Counted from the first letter of the stretch, positions 41,128 to 50,656 are shown. The stretch: DNA of 64,000 bases from an uncultured Gemmatimonadales bacterium (GCA_963793305.1 CAWBZV010000004.1:96001-160000); one strand, 5' to 3'. Notes: a model not told the origin generated them from the sequence alone. Numbers and translations are program-made.

Positions 41128-41874
41128 ATGGCGGATGTAGAACACCTCAGAAACGCTCCGATCACCGAAGCCCTGCTGGATTTTCGCTGTGTACTCGCGC
41201 AGGGCGATCACAGCAAGACGTTCTTGGATCTAGCAAGGCAAGTCAGTCCCGAATATCCGATTTTGCAGGAGCGTCGGGCTGTAAGCCTCGCTTTTACGAT
41301 CACGCCAGCAGCGACGCCGAGCGCATCGGCCGCCGGCGACGCGACGCTGCAGGGCGTCGTTTGTGTATCGTCGAACGGAAAGGACATCGTTCAGTTTCGC
41401 GCGGACGGATTTAGTTATCACCGTTTGAGCCCCTACGAGTCGTGGGCGGCAGCGTTACCCCGTGCGCTCAAAGGATGGAAGCTCTATTCAGCCGCATTAA
41501 AACCGACGCTCGTACAAATCGCGGTCCGCAACATCAATCAGATCATTGTACCGGACGACGTGAACGCGAGTGACTACCTCACTAACGCGCCTAGCGCTCC
41601 GCTGAACGAGGGTGCCGCTCTCACTGGCTTCTATTCGCGCGTCACCTTACATGACCCCGCACTGCAAGTAAGTGCAGGTATTGTTCAGTCGAGCCAGCCC
41701 TCACTTCGACAGGAACCCAGCTTCTTGGTCGTCTTAGATATTGAAGTCGTGAAAGCCTCCCCAACCGGGCTGCCGGAAACGGCGATCGACGGAGCATTGG
41801 CTGATTTACACGATTACAAAAATCGGCTGTTCTTCGACAGCCTCACCAAACGAGCACTCGAACCCTACCGATGA
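41128..41874 (+). CDS. TIGR04255-like protein of unknown function
   Basis: LRNAPITEALLDF, VQFRADGFSYHRLSPYESW, IAVRNINQI, VLDIEV and LHDYKNRLFFDSLT. Confidence 0.8.
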   Translation: MADVEHLRNAPITEALLDFRCVLAQGDHSKTFLDLARQVSPEYPILQERRAVSLAFTITPAATPSASAAGDATLQGVVCVSSNGKDIVQFRADGFSYHRLSPYESWAAALPRALKGWKLYSAALKPTLVQIAVRNINQIIVPDDVNASDYLTNAPSAPLNEGAALTGFYSRVTLHDPALQVSAGIVQSSQPSLRQEPSFLVVLDIEVVKASPTGLPETAIDGALADLHDYKNRLFFDSLTKRALEPYR

Positions 41875-42326
41875 CAGCAACTGCGATAGCTCCGGTCCAG
41901 TCCTCAGCCTCGGTAACGGAGGAGCGTGAGGGTAGCGAACCCATCGAGAAAAGCTGGCGAAGCAAGATGTCGGTCACGGCGAAGGATGCCGCGTACCGCA
42001 CGCTAGAAAGGGCATATGCGGAGTCGTCCAGCGCGGTAGCGCCTATTACTGCGGTCCTTGCGTACCGGTTTCTCCAAAGCTTGCCAGCCACCTTCCCGCT
42101 TCCCGAGATCGAAGCAGAGCCCGACGGGCGCATCGCGTTCGATTGGTTTCAAGATGATGGCGGGATGCTGACTGTCAGCGTGGGCAGGCGAAACGTCCTT
42201 GCCTACGCGGCCCGCATTGGCCCTAAGACCTCTTACGGAACCGAGGTGTTCCTTGGTGGCGTTCCTGGCGAAATCATGGAACTACTGCAGTGGCTGTATT
42301 CGCCTCTGGCGGTTTCGGCTTTTTAG
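41871..42326 (+). CDS. Conserved hypothetical protein, cassette gene 2
   Basis: ATGA-coupled to gene 1; FLQSLP...PEIEAEPDGRIAFDW motif. Confidence 0.75.
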   Translation: MTATAIAPVQSSASVTEEREGSEPIEKSWRSKMSVTAKDAAYRTLERAYAESSSAVAPITAVLAYRFLQSLPATFPLPEIEAEPDGRIAFDWFQDDGGMLTVSVGRRNVLAYAARIGPKTSYGTEVFLGGVPGEIMELLQWLYSPLAVSAF

Positions 42327-42726
42327 GCGACCGGTTGCTGCGCACGAAGAGCTGTCTCGATTCATATTCGAAAGCAGCCATCTCAAGACGCGCAACACGA
42401 GGGTACATCGCAAGGCGTTTCGGCCTGATAAGCGTCACGAGGTATCAGTCTACCGAACATCTGGAATTCCTCGAGACTTGGCGTGGCGAATCGGCCAATA
42501 CTTCGTTGAGCCGGCGCACGGCAAACGGTCTATCGCCAGAGCTCGGATTGAGGCTACAGCGGTAGTCTTCGCTGGTCTACGGGTCATTCCGGCTGAACTG
42601 CCACCGCGACACGCCTGTATTGTCGGGTGGCCCGCGGGTAGCGATGACGACCAGCTTGCGGCCCAAAGGCAGGCTTATGAGCAAGCATTGGCGGATGCCG
42701 CTCAGCCGGAAATGCGGACCGCGTAG
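42256..42726 (+). CDS. Putative ADP-ribosyltransferase-fold (R-S-H) toxin, cassette gene 3
   Basis: GAGGT RBS then GTG 42256 (start uncertain); LSRF...AF...VSVYR...HACIVGW. Confidence 0.6.
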   Translation: MAFLAKSWNYCSGCIRLWRFRLFRRPVAAHEELSRFIFESSHLKTRNTRVHRKAFRPDKRHEVSVYRTSGIPRDLAWRIGQYFVEPAHGKRSIARARIEATAVVFAGLRVIPAELPPRHACIVGWPAGSDDDQLAAQRQAYEQALADAAQPEMRTA

Positions 42727-42738
42727 TCATCGCTAAGC

Positions 42739-43173
42739 CTAGCTGGGGATTTCGAGCAGCAGGTCACGGTAGAACTTCCATTCCGGATCAGGCATCAACG
42801 ATAGCTCGATCGGGAAGCTGGGGTCGCCGCCGAGGACGGCGTTGAGCGCGCGCTGGGCTTGATCGCGCGTGTCGCAGTACCAGAGCCAACGCCGTTCTCC
42901 GGACTTCATGTTGACCGAGACGAGGATGGCGTGCCGGCCATCCTCCAGCGCTGGAACGATCCGCTCCTCGAATGCGGCCATCTCCTCGAGTTGCTCATGT
43001 GTCGGCAGACCGTACGCCGCGTGCGACTCGTCAACGAAATACGTCCAACGGATCTCCAGAAGGTTAGGCAATGACCGATCGCCGACGACCGCGGCCAGGT
43101 CGGTTCTGACGCGGATGAAGTACGGGTAGCCGTCCTCCATGCCCTTGAGCAGCGTCCAAAGGCTGTCGTCCAT
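42739..43173 (-). CDS. DUF695-like protein
   Basis: IRWTY...GLPT..LEEMAAFEE...GERRWLWY pattern. Confidence 0.7.
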   Translation of the reverse strand: MDDSLWTLLKGMEDGYPYFIRVRTDLAAVVGDRSLPNLLEIRWTYFVDESHAAYGLPTHEQLEEMAAFEERIVPALEDGRHAILVSVNMKSGERRWLWYCDTRDQAQRALNAVLGGDPSFPIELSLMPDPEWKFYRDLLLEIPS

Positions 43174-43184
43174 GGCCCAACATA

Positions 43185-43219
43185 CAAGGGCCGCCAACGC
43201 GAAGCGTGGCGGCCCTTGG
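43185..43219. repeat. Strong intergenic REP-like hairpin
   Basis: CAAGGGCCGCCA-A-CGC-GAA-GCG-TGGCGGCCCTTG. Confidence 0.55.
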
Positions 43220-43247
43220 TACTACGCGGACGGAAGAGATTGCGGGG

Positions 43248-43778
43248 TTAGTCGCCCTCCGTATCGTACGCCAGGCCGTCGGCCTCGCGCAGCGTGTCGA
43301 GCAGGTGCTCGCCAGTGAGCCACATGGCATCGGTGAGCGGCGTCATGGAGAACCCGATGGCCCGGCGCGAGCCTTCTGGCCAGTCCGGCATGGAGAGCCC
43401 GGCGACCAGTCGCCGGATCATCTGTCCGAACTCACCGAGCAGCCGACCGGCGGTTTCGCGGAGCTGATCGAACGGAATGGCGAGATCTCGCGTGACCATC
43501 TGACCGGTAGTCGAATCCCGCCACGCGGCGTCGCCGACCGCGCCGCGCTCTGGCCAGATGCCGAGATTACGGACCGTACCCGAGTGCTCGTCCGGCGTAC
43601 GGCCAGTTTCGACCGCCGCCGCCAGGGCGAGCGCGAGTGATTCCGGCGTGGGCTGCCCATACAGGGTCACCACGTTGCGCGGCGGCCGCTCGGGGTGCAG
43701 CAGCGCCGGCACGGAGTTCACGTGCGCCAACACAAGTGAGTGCTCTGGGAGATCCTCGAGCATCACGAGGACATCCAT
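43248..43778 (-). CDS. Hypothetical protein
   Basis: GGAGGT RBS before ATG 43778; 176 aa; no recognised motif. Confidence 0.65.
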   Translation of the reverse strand: MDVLVMLEDLPEHSLVLAHVNSVPALLHPERPPRNVVTLYGQPTPESLALALAAAVETGRTPDEHSGTVRNLGIWPERGAVGDAAWRDSTTGQMVTRDLAIPFDQLRETAGRLLGEFGQMIRRLVAGLSMPDWPEGSRRAIGFSMTPLTDAMWLTGEHLLDTLREADGLAYDTEGD

Positions 43779-43859
43779 ACCCCTACCTCCATTTACTAAA
43801 AAGATGACGAACTCCCTCTCTGCATCTACGAGCCGCGCAGGCGAATAGTTCCCGCCTGC

Positions 43860-43940
43860 GCCGCTCCGCGGCACGTCGAGGCTCGCTTCGCTCGCTCGAC
43901 TGGTCGGTTTACCAGTCGCTCGCTTTCGCTCGCTCCGTGA
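43860..43940 (-). repeat. AACCGACCAG multi-hairpin element, copy D
   Basis: + strand reads GCCGC-TCC-GCGGC-AC-GTCGA-G-GCTCGCTTCGCTCGC-TCGAC-TGGTCGGTTTAC. Confidence 0.8.
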
Positions 43941-43953
43941 TGCAGCGCACATT

Positions 43954-44421
43954 CTACGTTCCGCGCGTGTCTATACGGGCAAGAGCTATACCGCCTACGA
44001 ATGCCCCCGTTAAGACTGCGTAGAACAGGGTTGCCTGCGCCGCGAAGGCCGTCAGATCGTTGCCGAACCGCAACACCGATGATGCAAGCCACACATTGAG
44101 CGCCCAGATCACCGCACTGCTCGCGGCCGCGGCAATGATCAGTCGCACGCCGCGCGCACGCGCTGCAAGAGCGACGAACAAGAAGGCCCAAAAGAACGCG
44201 ATCAGCGTGTGGAGGGCGAGTCCCACGAGCGTGGCGGTGGCAACCGACGGCGTGGCAGCCGGCGCGAGCGTCGCCAGTGCTTGGCGTCCCGCGGCGGCAA
44301 AGGGATTGTAGTGCCCGGGCCTCGCGATCCCCAGCATCGCGCCGGCGGTCGCCGACGCCGCCAGGGCGCCGGTGATGAGTCCGGCGCGCACGCGGTTCTC
44401 CGTGTTGACCTCAACGTGCAC
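43954..44421 (-). CDS. Hypothetical membrane protein (about 4 TM)
   Basis: Hydrophobic C-terminal part of ORF 43954-45048; GTG 44421 is the proposed start. Confidence 0.65.
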   Translation of the reverse strand: MHVEVNTENRVRAGLITGALAASATAGAMLGIARPGHYNPFAAAGRQALATLAPAATPSVATATLVGLALHTLIAFFWAFLFVALAARARGVRLIIAAAASSAVIWALNVWLASSVLRFGNDLTAFAAQATLFYAVLTGAFVGGIALARIDTRGT

Positions 44422-44526
44422 GCGGGAAAAGAAAGTCCGGTCAGGCTGTCCGCGCCATGGACGAGTTGTCCCCCTGCCTTCTCGGAAGGGTTGCCGCGTG
44501 TGGGCATCGTTCGCACCTTTCCGGTC

Positions 44527-45268
44527 ATGGCGCAGACTGCGGCATTCCCGGCGACGATCCTCGTCGTCGAGGACCGACCCGAGGTCTTGGAGGTCGTGCG
44601 CCGGACCCTGGCTAGCAACGGGTACACCGTGCGCACCGCGGAGGACGGCGAGGCGGGATTGAACCTCGCGCTCGACCTCCGGCCCGACCTCGTGATCCTC
44701 GATATCGGCCTCCCGAAGCGCTCCGGGTTGCACGTGGCCCGCGAGCTTCGCAATCGCGCGTATCGTGGGCCCGTGCTCATGCTGACCGCGCTCGATACCG
44801 TCTCCGACAAGGTCGTCGGGTTCGACGCCGGCGCCGACGATTACTTGGCGAAGCCGTTCGATTACGAGGAACTCCTGGCGCGGGTCAAGGCGTTGCTCCG
44901 GCGGTCGACCATCCGCGCGGACGACACTGTCATGCGCGTGGACGACCTCACGCTGTCGCCGCTCACCCGAGAGGTCGTGCGAGCCGGCGAGCTGATCCCG
45001 CTGACCGCGAAAGAGTACGCGCTGCTCGAGTACCTCATGCGCAATCAAGGGCGCATCCTGACGCGAGAGCAGATTACGGACGAAGTCTGGAAGTCAGAAC
45101 GTCGACGGGTCTTCGAATGTCGTCAACGTCTATATCTCTTATCTTCGTCAGAAGATCGATACGCCCAATAAGACGCCGCTGCTCCACACTATCCGTAAGA
45201 CAGGGTACTGTCTGAGCACCGAACGGCCGTCGCGCAAAGGGGACCGGGCGTCCGGCGAGCCAGAATAG
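44527..45268 (+). CDS. OmpR-family response regulator (frameshift near 45094)
   Basis: LVVED, ILDIGLP, DDYLAKPF and LTAKEYALL; the shifted frame gives SNVVNVYISYLRQKID...LLHTIRKTGY, with stop at 45268. Confidence 0.9.
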
Positions 45269-45309
45269 GCCAATAGTTAACAGGGGGCCGTGATGCGCGT
45301 CCAACGTGT

Positions 45310-46905
45310 ATGCGCGCTCATGGTCTAGCCGCTGCCTACCTGTGCTTTTTGGTCGGTTGCGCGAACGCCCAGAAACTGACGCCGACGCCGACACCCGACT
45401 CCGGCCGTGAACTGACGGCGGATCAGCAGGTGTACCAGGCGCTGACGCGCTTGTCGTTCGGCCCGCGCCCAGGCAATGTCGCGCGTGTGCGCGGGATGGG
45501 CGTCGATCGCTGGATAGAGGCGCAGCTGGAGCCAGATCGAATCAACGATCGAGCGACCGACGATTTCGTCGAAGAGCACTTCGTGGTCGTCACGCAGGCG
45601 CCGTCGCAGCTCGAAGACGAATTCCCGCGCGGCAAAGCCCAAGCTGACACAGCGGCCCGCAAGCAAGAAGCGATGAAGCGCCGCCAGATCACGGTCGAGC
45701 TGCAATCGGCCAAAGTCGCCCGCGCCGTGATGTCGGACCGCCAGCTCCAAGAAGTGATGGTCGACTTCTGGGAAAATCATTTCAACATCTTCGCCGGCAA
45801 GGGCGGCCCCGAGCAGTACCTCCTGCCGGACTACGACCGGACCGCCATCCGCCCATACGCCCTGGGGCGATTTCGCGATCTCCTCGGCGCCGTGGCCCAC
45901 AGCCCGGCCATGCTCTTCTATCTCGACAACTGGGAAAGCGTGGCCGACAGCGGCCAGCCCACCCTCGGCCCTACCCGTCGCCCATTTCGCGCGCAGCGCA
46001 AGGCGCGTGGCCTCAACGAGAATTACGGCCGCGAGCTCCTCGAGCTCCATACCCTCGGCGTGGACGGCGGGTACACACAGAAGGACGTGATCGAAGTCGC
46101 CCGAGCACTGACGGGCTGGTCGATTGCCGGCCCACGGCAACCGAACCCGGGCACGTTCGTGTTCCGCCCCGAAGTCCACGACGCCGGCGTCAAGCAGGTC
46201 CTGGGACATACGATCCAGGCCGGCGGCGGTGAGCAGGATGGCGAAACCGTGCTCGATATCGTCGCCCGGCACCCATCGACCGCCCGCTATATCGCGAAGA
46301 AACTCTGTATTCGCTTCGTGAACGACAGCCCACCGCCCGCGCTTGTCGACCGCGCCGCGGCGACGTTTACGCGGACCAATGGCGACATTCGCGAAGTCGT
46401 TCGGACGATTATTACGTCGCCCGAGTTTTTCTCGCGCTCCGCCTATCGGAGCAAGGTGAAAACGCCATTCGAAGTAGTGACGAGTGCACTGCGAGCCCTA
46501 GGAGCCGTGGCGGACTCGACCCCACGCTCGGCCCAGGTCGTGGCCCGGCTCGGTGAGCCGCTCTACGGACACCAGGCGCCGAACGGGTACGCCGAGACGG
46601 GCGAGAGTTCGATGAACACGGGCGCGATTCTCGCTCGGATCAATTTCGGGCTCGCGGTCGCGGCCGACCGCGTGCCCGGCGCATCGCTCGAACGCTGGCC
46701 GCTCGCGGCGCAGTTGGCGAGCGCGCCGCGGGAGGCGCAAGTTGATGGCGTGGTCACCGCGCTCCTCGACGGCGACGCGTCACCCGATACGCACCGTATT
46801 TTGTTGACCGGCTCGAACCCGATGCTGACCGAGACACCATCCCAGACCGGCTTTGCCCAGATAGTGGGATTGGCGCTCGGCGCACCGGAATTTCAGCGGA
46901 GGTAG
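45310..46905 (+). CDS. DUF1800 family protein (lipoprotein signal)
   Basis: FLVGC lipobox; FWENHF, PAMLFYLDN, NENYGRELLELHTLG and ARALTGW. Confidence 0.9.
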   Translation: MRAHGLAAAYLCFLVGCANAQKLTPTPTPDSGRELTADQQVYQALTRLSFGPRPGNVARVRGMGVDRWIEAQLEPDRINDRATDDFVEEHFVVVTQAPSQLEDEFPRGKAQADTAARKQEAMKRRQITVELQSAKVARAVMSDRQLQEVMVDFWENHFNIFAGKGGPEQYLLPDYDRTAIRPYALGRFRDLLGAVAHSPAMLFYLDNWESVADSGQPTLGPTRRPFRAQRKARGLNENYGRELLELHTLGVDGGYTQKDVIEVARALTGWSIAGPRQPNPGTFVFRPEVHDAGVKQVLGHTIQAGGGEQDGETVLDIVARHPSTARYIAKKLCIRFVNDSPPPALVDRAAATFTRTNGDIREVVRTIITSPEFFSRSAYRSKVKTPFEVVTSALRALGAVADSTPRSAQVVARLGEPLYGHQAPNGYAETGESSMNTGAILARINFGLAVAADRVPGASLERWPLAAQLASAPREAQVDGVVTALLDGDASPDTHRILLTGSNPMLTETPSQTGFAQIVGLALGAPEFQRR

Positions 46906-46908
46906 ATC

Positions 46909-48150
46909 ATGGAACGCCGGGTTTTCATGAAAGAAGGCGCGCTCGCGCTCGTGACCCTCGGGCTCTCCCCGCGGTTCTTGCGGCGCACGGCGTTCGGCAT
47001 GGAGCTCTCGCACGCGCGCCAGGGAAAGAAGACGCTGATCTGCCTCTTCCAGCGCGGAGCCGCCGATGCGCTCAACATCGTCGTGCCGCACGGCGAGACG
47101 GCGTACTACTCGATGCGGCCGTCGATCGGTATCCCGCAACAAACCGTGCTCGACCTCGACGGCTTTTTCGGCTTCCACCCGTCATTGGCGCCGTTCAAGT
47201 CGCTCTACGACCGCAAGCTTCTGGCCCCTGTTACCGCCGTCGGGTCGCCCAGTACCACGCGTTCGCACTTTGACGCGCAGGACTACATGGAGACCGGCAC
47301 GCCGGACGATAAGAACACGCCGGACGGCTGGCTCAATCGCTACTTGGCCGCCAAGGGGACCTGTGAGGAATGCAAAGTCACGCCGTTCCGCGCGGTCGCC
47401 CTCGCACCCCAAACGCCTCGGATCCTGGAAGGCCCCGCGCCAACCGTGGCGATGAACAGCCTGGCCGAGTTCAGCATTCGGGCAACAGGGAATGACGTCG
47501 AGCGGCTGGAAGCGCTGTATCGCACCGGTTCGGCCGACTTGGTCCATGGGACAGGCGCCGAGATGTTCGACGCCGTGAAGATGCTCAAAGCCGCGAATCC
47601 GCAGTCGTATCAGCCTTCAGGCAACGCGGTCTATCCCAGGAGCCAGTTCGGCCAGCGGCTGCAGCAGATCGCCCAGTTGATCAAGATGGACCTGGGCGTT
47701 GAGATCGCGTTCGCGGACGTTGGCGGCTGGGATACGCACGTCAATCAAGGTGCGGCGACTGGTCAGCTCGCGAATCGGCTGGACGACTTTGCCAAGTCCA
47801 TCGAGGCCTTGGTGAACGATCTCGGTGATCGCATGTCTGACGTGACCATTCTGACGATGTCCGAGTTCGGGCGCATGGCGAAAGAGAATGGGAACGGCGG
47901 GACGGATCACGGACATGCCGGCGCGCTGTTCGTGATTGGTGGCGACGTGAAGGGCGGGAAGGTCTACGGCAAATGGCCCGGGTTGCAGCCCGAGCAGCTC
48001 TACGAAGGACGGGATCTCGCACTGACCACTGACTTCCGGTCGGTGTTCGCCGAAGTCGCCGGGCGACATCTCGGCGCGACGCAACTGGGTGAGATCTTCC
48101 CAGGGTATTCGGGTTCCAAAGGAGACTGGTTGGGCGTCCTATCGGCATGA
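46909..48150 (+). CDS. DUF1501 family protein (Tat-like signal)
   Basis: MERRVFMK; RGAADALN, RSHFDAQ, GGWDTH and SEFGR...GTDHG. Confidence 0.9.
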   Translation: MERRVFMKEGALALVTLGLSPRFLRRTAFGMELSHARQGKKTLICLFQRGAADALNIVVPHGETAYYSMRPSIGIPQQTVLDLDGFFGFHPSLAPFKSLYDRKLLAPVTAVGSPSTTRSHFDAQDYMETGTPDDKNTPDGWLNRYLAAKGTCEECKVTPFRAVALAPQTPRILEGPAPTVAMNSLAEFSIRATGNDVERLEALYRTGSADLVHGTGAEMFDAVKMLKAANPQSYQPSGNAVYPRSQFGQRLQQIAQLIKMDLGVEIAFADVGGWDTHVNQGAATGQLANRLDDFAKSIEALVNDLGDRMSDVTILTMSEFGRMAKENGNGGTDHGHAGALFVIGGDVKGGKVYGKWPGLQPEQLYEGRDLALTTDFRSVFAEVAGRHLGATQLGEIFPGYSGSKGDWLGVLSA

Positions 48151-49016
48151 CCTTGCTCCGCTCGCTCATCATCACCGCCTGCGCGCTCATGCTGCAGGTG
48201 AAGCCGAACATTCACGGGAAAGTCCCGGTACTCGAGTATCACCTGGTCGGCGACCACGAGAGCATGTACTCGATAACGCGAGCGCACTTCCAGCACGATC
48301 TCGAGTTGCTCTACGCGCACGGCTACCGCCCGATCACGGTCTCGCAGCTCGTCGACAAGCAGATCGATGTCCCGCCGGGCATGTCGCCGGTCGTGTTCAC
48401 GTTCGACGATGCCTCGCCGGAACAGTTCCGCTATATCGAGAAACCGGACGGAACGCTGGAGATCGACTCGACGTCGGCGATCGGCATCTGGCTCAAGTTC
48501 CACGCGCAGCATCCGGACTGGCCCAATCGCGCCACGTTCTGCCTCCTGAGCGGCGCGAAAGCCGGCCACAACTTCTTCGGCTACACCGGCGTCCAAGGCC
48601 AAAAGACGTCCTGGCGCTTCAAGAAGGTGAAGTTCCTCGCCGATCAGGGCTTCGAGCTGTGCGACCACACGCTCTGGCACGCGCAGCTCAACAAGTACTC
48701 GGACGCGGTCGTCCAAGAGCAGATCGCGCGCAATCAGCTCGCGATCGACTCGGCGGTACCAGGCTATCATGTACGGACATTCGCGCTGCCACAGGGACTG
48801 TGGCCGAAGAACCGGGACCTCGCGCACGAGGGGACCTGGAAGGACGTCCATTACCAGTTCGACGCGGTCCTGGAAGTCGCGGGTCCACCGGCGCCAAGCC
48901 CGTACGACTCGGCGTTTCATCCCCTGCGGATGCCGCGTATACAAGCCTTCGGCACCGCGGTCGATCGTATGGTGGCGGACCTGGATCGGACGGGCGATCG
49001 ATTCGTCGCCAAATAG
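48147..49016 (+). CDS. Polysaccharide deacetylase (CE4) family protein
   Basis: PVLEYH, FTFDD, HTLWH and FALPQG. Confidence 0.85.
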   Translation: MTLLRSLIITACALMLQVKPNIHGKVPVLEYHLVGDHESMYSITRAHFQHDLELLYAHGYRPITVSQLVDKQIDVPPGMSPVVFTFDDASPEQFRYIEKPDGTLEIDSTSAIGIWLKFHAQHPDWPNRATFCLLSGAKAGHNFFGYTGVQGQKTSWRFKKVKFLADQGFELCDHTLWHAQLNKYSDAVVQEQIARNQLAIDSAVPGYHVRTFALPQGLWPKNRDLAHEGTWKDVHYQFDAVLEVAGPPAPSPYDSAFHPLRMPRIQAFGTAVDRMVADLDRTGDRFVAK

Positions 49017-49078
49017 GTCGAAGAGCCTACGGCAAACAACCTACGCCCAAAGCGCCCGCGAGGTATTAGCGTGGGCGC

Positions 49079-49888
49079 GTGCTCCCCATGCCCCCGCTGG
49101 CGGTGCTGGCGTTCCTCCCGCCGCCACTGCTCGCCCATCTGCGCGTCGTCCTGCAGCCGCACCATACGCTGACGGCCTTCGATGAATGGCCGCCGTTCGA
49201 GCAGGCGGTCCGACAGTCGACATGGGACGCGGTCGTCGCCGATCCATGCGCCGAGGGAGCGCTCAGGACGGATGACTTGGTGGCGCTCATCGAAGCGTAT
49301 CCCTCGATCCCGCTGACGCTGTACTCGTGCGTGAGCCCCGGGACGCTCCGGTCGATCGCCGAGTTGGCGAGGTTCGGGCAGGGGGCGCACCCGATAGTGC
49401 TCCACCGTGTCGATGACGAGCCTCGCCGGTTCTTGGAGCTGCTCGAGCGTCAGCCAGCCAACGCGCTCTCTGCTTCGTTGCTGCGCCGTCTCGAACCGGG
49501 CCTCGACCAACTCGCTCCGCCGCTCGCCCGCGCGGTCGAGCGCTTGATCCGCCGCCCCACGGTCTTTGTGACGGCGGGCGACCTCGCCGCCTCGGCCGAT
49601 CTCACGGTGCGCACGGTCTACCGTCAGTTGGCCGCGGCCGGCTTCGAATCACCACGCACACTGATCGTCGGCGCGCGACTGCTGCGCGCCTATGCCTACT
49701 CGCGCGACCCTGGCCAGTCGCTCGAAAGTGTCGCCTCTCGCGTGGGCTACAGCGCGCCGCGCATGCTCACCCGGCACATGCGCGAGATCGTCGGCGTCAC
49801 GCCACGCGCGGCGCGTCGACGCATTCCGGCCGAGGAGTTCGTGACGACGTTGGCCGGAAGACTGTACGCTAAAGCTTCCAGTTTTTAA
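49079..49888 (+). CDS. AraC-type HTH transcriptional regulator
   Basis: LAASADLTVRTVYRQL and SLESVASRVGYS; start is 49079 or 49088. Confidence 0.8.
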   Translation: MLPMPPLAVLAFLPPPLLAHLRVVLQPHHTLTAFDEWPPFEQAVRQSTWDAVVADPCAEGALRTDDLVALIEAYPSIPLTLYSCVSPGTLRSIAELARFGQGAHPIVLHRVDDEPRRFLELLERQPANALSASLLRRLEPGLDQLAPPLARAVERLIRRPTVFVTAGDLAASADLTVRTVYRQLAAAGFESPRTLIVGARLLRAYAYSRDPGQSLESVASRVGYSAPRMLTRHMREIVGVTPRAARRRIPAEEFVTTLAGRLYAKASSF

Positions 49889-50450
49889 GCGTCGAGATCG
49901 CGTTATCGAGTGCCGTTTCCTGCTCTGGAAGCGTCGCGCGCTTTCGGAGCTCGACGTACGCGTCGAGCGCGATACCGAGGGCGACCGGATCGTGTTCGGC
50001 GCCCGCTAGACTCGCCGCGTTATCTGCCAGGGCCGCCAGGGCCAACTCATCGGCCGGGAACCGCTTGTGCACCTGCTGCCAGCGGGACATGCGATCCCTG
50101 GGGTCTGCCTCGGTGATCGCCCAGAGATGCCAGGCGCCCTGATGACGCGGATCGGCCGCAAGAGCTCGCGCGACCAGCTCCCCGACGGCTTCGGGCCCGC
50201 GCCCCGCCATCCAATACGCGCTCGCCAGAATGACCAGGGCGCGCGCATTATTGGGTTGAGCGGCCACGACTCGCTCGTAGAGGGGACCCGTTACCTCCGG
50301 GATGTCACGAAATGGCTCGGCGGCGGCGATGAGCTCTTCGACGGAGGCTGCTTCCGCCGCAATGGCCAGTTGCTCGTGGAGCGCCGCGACATTCGCGTGG
50401 CGGCGGTAGGCGGACACGGCCGCCGCAACGCTAGGAGTGGCTTCAGGCAC
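49869..50450 (-). CDS. Hypothetical TPR-like helical protein
   Basis: PNNARALVILA...RALAADPRH repeat-like helices. Confidence 0.7.
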   Translation of the reverse strand: MPEATPSVAAAVSAYRRHANVAALHEQLAIAAEAASVEELIAAAEPFRDIPEVTGPLYERVVAAQPNNARALVILASAYWMAGRGPEAVGELVARALAADPRHQGAWHLWAITEADPRDRMSRWQQVHKRFPADELALAALADNAASLAGAEHDPVALGIALDAYVELRKRATLPEQETALDNAISTLKNWKL

Positions 50451-50481
50451 GCGGGAAAAATAGCGGGTGAACGCGCTACCC

Positions 50482-50656
50482 TTGCGATTTTACGGGAGAC
50501 CGGCGATACTCGTATCTTCAGATGGGGGTAAGATTCGAGGATGCCGAATCACCCCGCTCCAAGCTCCATATCGCGCGTGAACGATCCGCGCTCCGAGGAA
50601 ATCAGTAGCGCATTTTCCTGCGCGATACTCGCACGACCACATACCAAGACAGGTGC
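50482..50656 (+). promoter_or_regulatory. Putative rho promoter and structured 5' leader
   Basis: TTGCGA-17 nt-GATACT (50482-50510), then stems GGGGT..GATTCG/CGAATC.ACCCC and TATCGCGC/GCGCGATA. Confidence 0.45.

Noticed and set aside
40819..41874. Single 351-aa protein starting at 40819
   Set aside because: That ATG overlaps the TATAAT box. The family-like sequence starts at 41128, behind its own -10-like element.
43175..43252. Possible integron attC site (minus strand GACTAAC at the stop codon ... GTTGGGC just before the next ATG)
   Set aside because: The first ~30 nt do not pair with the 3' arm, no L boxes are evident and there is no integrase in the window. It is kept only as a hairpin.
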